Position numbers and translations under genes: made by a program. This document shows, piece by piece, positions 27,964-36,156 of a DNA stretch of 38,520 nucleotides; the first letter of the stretch is position 1; each line of letters starts with the position of its first letter. This DNA comes from Candidatus Thorarchaeota archaeon SMTZ1-45 (GTDB lineage: Archaea; Asgardarchaeota; Thorarchaeia; Thorarchaeales; Thorarchaeaceae). The notes beneath the pieces are model-generated. The model ran no database searches. It saw nothing but the letters and a program-made list of their open reading frames with translations, and was not told the DNA's origin. The stretch is from NCBI GenBank assembly GCA_001563335.1, contig LRSL01000098.1, positions 1 through 38,520 on the forward strand, read 5' to 3'.

Positions 27964-29685
27964 TTGAGAGGAGAACCTGTTTTGTCAAGGAGCTTAAGAG
28001 AAGTCCCAAAAGATGTTGCTGCTTTTGGAGAACGACAGTTTAGAGAAACCGGTGCATTTGCCGTTGAAGTTCTTCGAGTGAAAGCATCTGTTATGAGAAA
28101 GCACTTCAAGCAATTGAAGGGAATCACATTTCTTGTTTCTGTTATCGCACGTGATAGGGTTCGTATTTATTTCTTCAACTCAGCTGGAATAATGCTTGTA
28201 GGAGAGAATGTTGAACTTACAACATACCAAAAGATACGAGCAAGTTCTAAACTCATTGCAAAGTATGAGAAACCTAAGGAACTCACTCCCGAGGAGCAAC
28301 GAATAGAAGCAACACAAGCCCTTAGAGATTCATTGGTAAAAGCAATACGAAGAGTCACTCGTTTTCTCAGATCAGCTGCACCAAACTTTCCTGATATCTT
28401 TGTTACTCGCACAACCTCGGATGAACCTACTCAAAACTTTGGGCTTCAAATAACTGGCGATGGTGAGTACCTCTTCGAAGAGTCGGCATTAAAGGCAAAA
28501 TGGGCTGAGGGGTTAATACTTCGAACTGCTTTCCTTACACATCTTGATTCAGAACATTCCAAATCTCAAGTTGCAGCTCTAGTAGGAAATGGGGTTGCAA
28601 TAGCCCTTCTAAAGAACCCTGAAAGAAACTCATTGCGTGAAATCTGGCTAAAGCTTAGTGCAGAAACTGAATGGCTTCCTTTCGTAAATCACTTGGTTCA
28701 ACATGCCAATTGCTACAGATATGATGGATTTGTTAGACTACTTTCACTTCTTCAACATATTACTTCTCCCTTGTCTGACTCACATGATTGGAATTCTGCA
28801 TTCAGAATTATCCATGACAGCATAATAATCCCAATTGGAACTGAGGAGTATCACGTTATTCAGCGATTCTGTCAGAACCTCTCAAAACCTCGGAAATTGG
28901 ACCCACGGAGAGATATACTTGATTCGATTCACCTTGCACCACGAGTCATCTGCGATCCCCTATCACTAGATATGGAACTCTCTATATCACATATAGAACC
29001 ATCCAAAGAAGATTGGGTAAATGTATTCTATCTTGATGGTTCTAAAGAGAAGACACTTAATGTAGGAATTGGAGATGGATTGCAGGTTACTGGAATAGAA
29101 TACTGGTTGAATCTTGAGGATATATATCCCACTTCTGGTGGATTGGTTTCTCATGGAAAGAGCATCCTTCAAAGGGCCTTAGCCTCTCTGGGTATCGCCA
29201 GTAAGTCGATGGGAACATATGAAACGAATATAGAATTCTCCGAATCCGTTCTAGCGTCCAATGAAAAGGCTGTTCTTGAGCGTTTATCTCTTGGACAACT
29301 CGAAGTCTTGGCAAACACTTTGATTGGTTCTCCACAGGTTGTCGAAAAGCTTCACTCAAAGGGAAGAATTGTATTCTTACCATCATTCAATCATATTGGA
29401 TTAGATTCTGAATATCTCCTGAAGGGACCAATAGATAATATCCGGTCTATCACTCGACACAATACCCTTGAATCCACAACATTCTTGACAAAAACAGATT
29501 CAGTGGCTGTTGTTTCTGCTCCAGCAACTTGGAGAAACTCACTTCTTCACTCTGCTGGTAAGTTAGGTGTATCCATCTGGCCTATATCATCTGTCATTTC
29601 AAAAAGAAACATTCTGCGAAGTGAAATATTGTATCCTGATAATAAACCTGCAACTTGGTCTGATATGGCTAGCCAATTTTCTTGA
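27964..29685 (+). CDS. Large hypothetical protein (573 aa)
   Basis: Long uninterrupted ORF; no family recognised. Confidence 0.75.
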   Translation: MRGEPVLSRSLREVPKDVAAFGERQFRETGAFAVEVLRVKASVMRKHFKQLKGITFLVSVIARDRVRIYFFNSAGIMLVGENVELTTYQKIRASSKLIAKYEKPKELTPEEQRIEATQALRDSLVKAIRRVTRFLRSAAPNFPDIFVTRTTSDEPTQNFGLQITGDGEYLFEESALKAKWAEGLILRTAFLTHLDSEHSKSQVAALVGNGVAIALLKNPERNSLREIWLKLSAETEWLPFVNHLVQHANCYRYDGFVRLLSLLQHITSPLSDSHDWNSAFRIIHDSIIIPIGTEEYHVIQRFCQNLSKPRKLDPRRDILDSIHLAPRVICDPLSLDMELSISHIEPSKEDWVNVFYLDGSKEKTLNVGIGDGLQVTGIEYWLNLEDIYPTSGGLVSHGKSILQRALASLGIASKSMGTYETNIEFSESVLASNEKAVLERLSLGQLEVLANTLIGSPQVVEKLHSKGRIVFLPSFNHIGLDSEYLLKGPIDNIRSITRHNTLESTTFLTKTDSVAVVSAPATWRNSLLHSAGKLGVSIWPISSVISKRNILRSEILYPDNKPATWSDMASQFS

Positions 29686-31333
29686 TCACAGTCCCAATAG
29701 CACGAGTATTGGCTTCTCTGAGGACAATCTTATCCCCAACACTAAGCGCCTCCGGAGAAGTCATGAACTGCAATCTGACACGAGCAAAATCCCCTACACA
29801 CAAATAATCTGCATCGTATATTTTCTTCAGAATTACAGTCTGCTGAATTGTATGAGCTTGAAGGACAGGTGCATAACCGACAGAAATCCTTGTTGGATGA
29901 CGTGTTACGACAATGTTTGCTTCAAAGGTTCTACAACTTTCCGGTTCTAAATCAGGGTCCATAATCATTTGACCTCTTCGTACCAGATGCTTATCCACGT
30001 CTTTGATATCAAAACCAAAGAGATCTCCAGCTTTGACAGCTCTAATTCGTTTCTTAAACATCTCAATACTAAACAGTCTTCCCTCTTGGAATTGATTGCC
30101 TCCATCAGGTCCTATTTTCAAAACCTGTCCCCTTTTGAAAACTCCTGACTTTACAGTTCCTGTTACCACAACATTAGTTCCTTTTATACCTCGATAGACC
30201 TTGTCAACATAAGCACGAGCAGGGTCTGTTAATGCAATGTGTTCAGAATTAGCTGGTAATAATCTTAGAAGATGGGTGACGAGTGCTAATGATTCTGGAT
30301 CTAATGCTGAGGTCATGAATATTGGGACTATAACCTGATTGCTCAGCTCCTTCACAACTGGTGGTATTTCATCGCTTGTACGGACAAAGACTGGTATTCT
30401 ACCCACTTCCTTCAAACTGTTTCTAACCACATTCATCACTAGTTCCAAATCTTGAGGATTGGTCTTGTCTACTTTTGATATCATGATTATGAAGGGTGCC
30501 CCTTGATTTGCCATAAGAATCATATGCTCTCTTGTTATTTCATCAAGTCTTGGAACCCTATAGTTACTTTCCTCTTGTTTAATCAAGTAGGCTTCTTCTG
30601 GACCTGGAATTAGGATAAGTCCATATTGAGCATCAGCTCCAAGAATAGACCTAATCATAGTTTTACTATATTCTCTATGACCTGGAGCATCAAAAAAAGT
30701 GATAATCTTCATTGATTGATCAAGAACTCTGGCTGAGTCTTGTTTGTTCAGGGGATTTTCAGGATACACTGTATTGCCTTTTTCACCAAATCCCATGAAT
30801 GCGAGATGTATGTCCGCAGTTTGCCCGCGTGTTATTTCCTGTGGATGAACAAGGAGAAATGATCTTGCACTACCACTCCCATTATCCGGTCGCCCAGTTA
30901 CGAGAGCTCCAATCAGACTGGATTTTCCTGAATTCACTCTCCCTGCAACATTGATTGAGCAAGTTTCTTTGATCTCAGAAGTTGCGAGTCTTTTCAATAG
31001 ATAAGACCCGACCATGCCCTGTGAGGTTTCAAAACGTTCTGCTTCAACAATCTCAACTGAAGCTTCTTCACATAATTCAGTAAGAATTCGTTCTGAGGTT
31101 TTCAAAGAATTCTCAGATATTCCATGAACTTTCCACTCTTTCCCACCATAATCCTCAATGCCAATTAGAAAGATTCCTTCAAAGGGGTTCTCATATGTCA
31201 TGTATCTAATTCTTGTAACCAATTTCTGTCTTCTGTCCGTCTTCAGGTCGGAACGTGTGAGTTTCCTCTTAAACTCAGTACTTCGATTCTCTCCTTTGGT
31301 CAAGATTCTGAGGATTTCATCTGGTGCTGTCAT
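29669..31333 (-). CDS. GTPBP1-family translational GTPase (archaeal) with an N-terminal AlbA_2-like domain
   Basis: GENRSTEFK, G1 GRVNSGKS, HPQEITRGQT, G3 DAPGH, G4 SKVD and EF-Tu-like domains II/III (HPTRISVGYAPV). ATG 31333 follows ggag. Confidence 0.88.
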   Translation of the reverse strand: MTAPDEILRILTKGENRSTEFKRKLTRSDLKTDRRQKLVTRIRYMTYENPFEGIFLIGIEDYGGKEWKVHGISENSLKTSERILTELCEEASVEIVEAERFETSQGMVGSYLLKRLATSEIKETCSINVAGRVNSGKSSLIGALVTGRPDNGSGSARSFLLVHPQEITRGQTADIHLAFMGFGEKGNTVYPENPLNKQDSARVLDQSMKIITFFDAPGHREYSKTMIRSILGADAQYGLILIPGPEEAYLIKQEESNYRVPRLDEITREHMILMANQGAPFIIMISKVDKTNPQDLELVMNVVRNSLKEVGRIPVFVRTSDEIPPVVKELSNQVIVPIFMTSALDPESLALVTHLLRLLPANSEHIALTDPARAYVDKVYRGIKGTNVVVTGTVKSGVFKRGQVLKIGPDGGNQFQEGRLFSIEMFKKRIRAVKAGDLFGFDIKDVDKHLVRRGQMIMDPDLEPESCRTFEANIVVTRHPTRISVGYAPVLQAHTIQQTVILKKIYDADYLCVGDFARVRLQFMTSPEALSVGDKIVLREANTRAIGTVIKKIG

Positions 31334-31720
31334 TTGAATACTCCGTGCTCGCTCTCCATCACAGTATTTGGTTATAAGAGCTGTCAATGATTACCTTTTT
31401 ATTGAGTATGTCTAAAATGCGTGAACACCTTCTTTTCAGGCACATCTGTACAATCATAATCCATTGTGTTAATGCCGCATGTTTTCATTATCACAAAATC
31501 CTAAATCCTTATGATTAATGGATTTTTGAAGTGCCCTATCGACATTTATTGGTAGAAGAATCAATTTTTGACTTGGGTGTTGTGGTAATGACTCCAGAAA
31601 TATACACGGAATCTTATTACAGTCAGATTTTTTCAATCTACTTGAAGATAAGAATGCGTTTCAAAAAGCATATCAAGTATATTCAAGCAACATCATAATA
31701 CCCACCACAGAGGGAATCCA

Positions 31721-34700
31721 ATGTACCGCAAATACTTCATTCTGACAATATTGCTCCTGCCTCTCTTTGTTACCTCTACATCAGTGGCTACTCATCTGGA
31801 ATTGAATTCAGTTCAGAGTTTGCCAAATTCATCTATTGAATCACGTCTTAGGATGGAGGTTCAATCATCATCAAATAGTGTAAGTGCACTTCTTGAATTC
31901 GAGGATACGCTAACGAGATCTGAGATTCAATATGCTGAAAGCCTTGGTATTAGCTTTGTAAGGAGAGGATCATCAATTGTCCATGTTGGCAGAATTTATT
32001 CTGTACAGGTTAACGAAATCAAATCTCTCCAAGCATTATCTGAACTTGGTCTGATAAGAGCCACATCAGGGAGCAAACAATACATCCCTTCTATATCGTC
32101 ATCGGTACCCGAGATAAGAGCGAATGAGGTATGGACAAATCTGCATAAAGATGGTGGAGCTGTGAATGGGTCTGGAGTAACCATCGCTGTTCTTGATACA
32201 GGTACCCTCTGGACTCATCCAAGCTTTTGGCGCGCATCCCCTGGTGAATATCAGACCATTGACAGTGGTCCATACTTTTTTGTTGATATTGATGGTGACA
32301 TGGTTGAAGATAATGATGAAGGACCAATTCGTGCCATTGCAAATTCCATATCTGGATCCGATTTCTCCTATGCATCTGACTACATGTATATCGATGTCGA
32401 TGACGTACCTGGTTTTAGTTATGCATCTGGAGACCGTTGGATTGGTGGTATTGATGAAAATGATGACAATGTCATCACATTGGGTGTAGAGAATGTAACC
32501 CTTTTAGACATTCCAAAAGTAGCAATTCTTTATGATCAAGAAAACGCAAATGTGTATGTGAGAGGAGTTAATCTAACTCAGGCAGTAGCTATTGGTGATG
32601 ATCATGGTCATGGAACTCATGTAGCCTCCACTATTGCAGGTGGCCAAATTGGAATGACATCCTATGTTGGTGTTGCACCTGGTGCTGATTTGATAATCAT
32701 CAAGAGTGAACTCCAGTCTGCTGATATCCTAGATGGCATCTCCTTTGCGATTGAGAATGACGCGGATATCATAAATATGTCATTCTCATCATATCTGGGA
32801 TTCTTAGATGGAACCGATGTGGAAGACCTTGCTGTTTCTGAGGCATTCCTAAGGCATGGAGTCTTGACAACTGCTGCTGCTGGAAATCTTGGCAACAAGA
32901 ATAAACATGCTCGATTCTCAGCAGCATCTGGGTCTTCAGGTTCAGCATTAATGCGGGTGGATGATGTGGTTGTGTCACGAGCACCTTTTTTGAGCCTGTT
33001 GTGGCACTCATCAGATGACAATGAGAAAGTTATACTAACACCGCCTTCCGGTGAACCAATAGACCTTGGAACCTTTTCATCAATTGCACAACAATCTTGG
33101 GCACATCAGGATGAAAACCTTGTAGCCTATATCTTTGCAGATGTCAGTATACGTGGACTCAACAATGTGATAATCCAAGTTTCAGCGGATGAACACATGT
33201 GGGCGAATGGTATCTGGAATATTACAGTTACCAACGACTCGGGTGAGCTGGTTTGGATAGATGGATTTGCATGGGATGGACGCTGGGAAACTACCCACTT
33301 AACTTTCCAGACAGCCCTCGATTCAGGAAGAAGTATCAGCTCACCTGCTTCAGCTGATTGTGCAGTGGCTGTTGCTGCCTATAGTGAGGTGAGTTCAGGT
33401 ATTATGAGTGAATCCAGTAGGGGTCCTAGGATTGATGGCTCTCCAAAACCTACTGTAGCCGCCCCCGGGGATAACATACGTGCAGCTAACAATATTCTTC
33501 CTAGCTTATGGATATCAAAAGGCGGAACAAGTATGGCTTCACCCCATATTGCTGGAGTCTTAGCACTCATTCGGCAAGCCTCAGGTGAAAACTCTGCATG
33601 GTTGGACTATTCAGCACTGGTAAATGGTGCTGGAGGTCAGACATCTCATTTTGAAACCGCTTCGATTAATTGGGGTCACGGCCTTGCTGATTCACTATGG
33701 TCAGTCATCCAGGTATTAGATTCTCCTGGTAGCAATGACACAACAATCTCCGATTGGCATGGATTGGGTGACTTTATCCTTGATTCAACAGATCCCTCAA
33801 TCTTTGGAGGTCATGACATCATTTCTGTCAAGTCTTTTCTTGACAATGACACTCTTTCCCTTGCAGTTACAATGAGGGATGTTCCTGACTTCCAAGGAAC
33901 AGATATCCTTACTATAGAGTGGGATACTGACTCAAATGTAGGGACTGGACAAAATGGTGCTGATACTGTTGTCAATGTGACTGCTGGTTCAGCAAATGTG
34001 TTCGATTGGTATGGTAGTTCCTATATTGAATCATCATCCTCTGCAGAGTGGATAACTGATGCAAATAGTGTGATTCTTAGCATAGATGGTATCACACTAG
34101 GTACTCGAGGTATTATCTCACTTATGACCCATAATGTTACCATGGCTAATATTGATCAAGCTGGTCCGGGGACCTTGACTGATACATTATATCCTGTGAT
34201 GAAGAGGTTATGGTTAGAATTTAATGATGGATCGATGTTAATCCACCTATCAACAAATGATCGCGATACACCAAAGAGTATGCAAGAAGTAGCTTGGAGT
34301 ATTGTTAACGGACCCCTCAATATCTTAAACTCATCATCACGACTTGGTGAAAGTGATTTTGTTATTTCTGTCCCTGAAGATTTAATCAGCTCCCCAAACA
34401 TCAATAGTCTATTATTGAATATCACTTCTGAGAGTTCTACACTCTTTTTACCATTAGTCTTACTCTCCACGCAGATTGGACCCCAACTTTCCTTTTCAAG
34501 TGCTACATTGGATAGACCTGTTGTAAGAGTGGGATTTCTAATTAACGAACGAATCACTGGCGAGTTAGTTTTGGAAGGATATATCCTTGCTTCAATTGTT
34601 TATGTCGCATTTCACTCTGAAACTGGATCATGGCTCAATTTCACGCTTTCAAGTACCACTGGTGTTTACGACTTTGAAATATCCCCTTCCTACTTCCAAC

Positions 34701-34879
34701 TTGGCTCTTATGATGTATACGCAACCGCTATAGGGCAGGCTGTCCCTGGAACTGAGTGGAATTTCGCCACTCTGACTGTGGTACAAGACTATACAGTACT
34801 GGCAGTAGGAGCCATCGTCCTTATCATGGGTTGTGGCATAATGGTGATTTTGCGACGTAGGAGAGATGCTATAGCTTGA
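31721..34879 (+). CDS. Membrane-anchored S8 subtilisin-like serine protease
   Basis: Signal peptide, triad VLDTG / HGTHVAS / GTSMASP, AAGN oxyanion motif, C-terminal TM followed by RRRR. Confidence 0.92.
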   Translation: MYRKYFILTILLLPLFVTSTSVATHLELNSVQSLPNSSIESRLRMEVQSSSNSVSALLEFEDTLTRSEIQYAESLGISFVRRGSSIVHVGRIYSVQVNEIKSLQALSELGLIRATSGSKQYIPSISSSVPEIRANEVWTNLHKDGGAVNGSGVTIAVLDTGTLWTHPSFWRASPGEYQTIDSGPYFFVDIDGDMVEDNDEGPIRAIANSISGSDFSYASDYMYIDVDDVPGFSYASGDRWIGGIDENDDNVITLGVENVTLLDIPKVAILYDQENANVYVRGVNLTQAVAIGDDHGHGTHVASTIAGGQIGMTSYVGVAPGADLIIIKSELQSADILDGISFAIENDADIINMSFSSYLGFLDGTDVEDLAVSEAFLRHGVLTTAAAGNLGNKNKHARFSAASGSSGSALMRVDDVVVSRAPFLSLLWHSSDDNEKVILTPPSGEPIDLGTFSSIAQQSWAHQDENLVAYIFADVSIRGLNNVIIQVSADEHMWANGIWNITVTNDSGELVWIDGFAWDGRWETTHLTFQTALDSGRSISSPASADCAVAVAAYSEVSSGIMSESSRGPRIDGSPKPTVAAPGDNIRAANNILPSLWISKGGTSMASPHIAGVLALIRQASGENSAWLDYSALVNGAGGQTSHFETASINWGHGLADSLWSVIQVLDSPGSNDTTISDWHGLGDFILDSTDPSIFGGHDIISVKSFLDNDTLSLAVTMRDVPDFQGTDILTIEWDTDSNVGTGQNGADTVVNVTAGSANVFDWYGSSYIESSSSAEWITDANSVILSIDGITLGTRGIISLMTHNVTMANIDQAGPGTLTDTLYPVMKRLWLEFNDGSMLIHLSTNDRDTPKSMQEVAWSIVNGPLNILNSSSRLGESDFVISVPEDLISSPNINSLLLNITSESSTLFLPLVLLSTQIGPQLSFSSATLDRPVVRVGFLINERITGELVLEGYILASIVYVAFHSETGSWLNFTLSSTTGVYDFEISPSYFQLGSYDVYATAIGQAVPGTEWNFATLTVVQDYTVLAVGAIVLIMGCGIMVILRRRRDAIA

Positions 34880-36156
34880 AAATCATTATCGTCGGATATG
34901 GCCCGGGTGGTGCTGCAGCAGCAATTGCCGCAAGGATGTTCAATTCCAAGGCTGAGATTAAAATTATCACTGAGGAAACAATAGAATCGCACAAAAAACC
35001 AGGGGCTTCTATGGCTCTTGAGTTTCCTAACACTCAGAATCTCAAAATAGAAGATTGGTCATTTGAGGCTCTTTCAAAGAAACGTATTGGTATCCTCTCA
35101 GGGACAGTTGTAACTGGTGGAAATTCAAAAACCAAGGAAATCTACATCACACAACCCACCGGTGATGAAACCTTGGAATATGACAAGTTAATTTTAGCAA
35201 CCGGAGGAATTCCCGCAGTACCTGATATACCTGGTATACATCTACCTGGTGTTTTTACAATTCAGACAATGGCTGATACAAGTGAGATTGGAAACCAATT
35301 GACTAGAATGAAATCAATTATTGTTGTTGGTGCTGGTTTTAGTGGTCTTGAAACTGCTGAAAGGCTTCTCTCGACAGGGAAAGATGTCCATCTAATTATT
35401 CGATCAAGACTCATGCGAAAGCAATTGGAAGAACCAATGAGTTCCGAGCTTCAATCACGTCTTCCAAAACGATTGAATGTATATTATGGAAAATCCCCCT
35501 CTTCAGTCATTGGTGAAAAACATGTGGAAGGAGTCATTCTGGGTGACGATGCAATTAGAGCAGATGCTATTTTGTTTATGACTGGAGTAAGACCAAATAC
35601 TGAGTTAGCAGAAAAACTCGGAATAAAGATTGGTCAGTTGGGTGGAGTTGTTGTTGATGAAACTATGAAAACATCTCTTGATGATATATATGCAGTCGGT
35701 GATTGCGTCGAGATGAAAGACACACTGACTGGGAAGCCTCTTCTTTTACCAGTTGGCAGTATTGCAGCTCGTGCGGGTAGACAGGCTGGAGTCATGTCTG
35801 CAGGTGGAACCAAACTATATGATGACACCAATCTTCGATTACAATATGATCGTATATTTGAAACTGATATTGTAGTAATTGGGCACTCCACTACAACCGC
35901 AAAAGCAATGGGCATACAGACAGATGTATACTACTTCGATGATCCTGTGGAATTTACAAAAGTGGCCTTGATAACTTCAGATGACGGTCGTCTTATTGGA
36001 GGTCAAGTAATAGCTTCAAGAATGGGCGCACGTCTTGGATACGAGATTCTTGAAAGAGTCGAGTCTGGAGCAATTCTCAATGAAAAACCTCTTCTCAGAC
36101 CTCGTCATGAGCGCCTAAAGGAATATCTAGAGTCAACTTTCGGTCCTATTCGATAG
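34876..36156 (+). CDS. FAD/NAD(P)-dependent pyridine nucleotide oxidoreductase (Nox/CoADR-like)
   Basis: IIIVGYGPGG, YDKLILATGG, VVGAGFSGLE and IYAVGDC. The TTG start overlaps the subtilase TGA (ttga). Confidence 0.88.
   Translation: MKIIIVGYGPGGAAAAIAARMFNSKAEIKIITEETIESHKKPGASMALEFPNTQNLKIEDWSFEALSKKRIGILSGTVVTGGNSKTKEIYITQPTGDETLEYDKLILATGGIPAVPDIPGIHLPGVFTIQTMADTSEIGNQLTRMKSIIVVGAGFSGLETAERLLSTGKDVHLIIRSRLMRKQLEEPMSSELQSRLPKRLNVYYGKSPSSVIGEKHVEGVILGDDAIRADAILFMTGVRPNTELAEKLGIKIGQLGGVVVDETMKTSLDDIYAVGDCVEMKDTLTGKPLLLPVGSIAARAGRQAGVMSAGGTKLYDDTNLRLQYDRIFETDIVVIGHSTTTAKAMGIQTDVYYFDDPVEFTKVALITSDDGRLIGGQVIASRMGARLGYEILERVESGAILNEKPLLRPRHERLKEYLESTFGPIR

Noticed and set aside
27720-28043. 107-aa plus-strand ORF ending in RCCCFW
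   Set aside because: Overlaps the 573-aa gene out of frame and is antisense to a more protein-like 51-aa ORF.
31334-31720. AT-rich gap checked for a small ORF or RNA gene
   Set aside because: Only short unconvincing ORFs and no clear structure; consistent with a divergent promoter.
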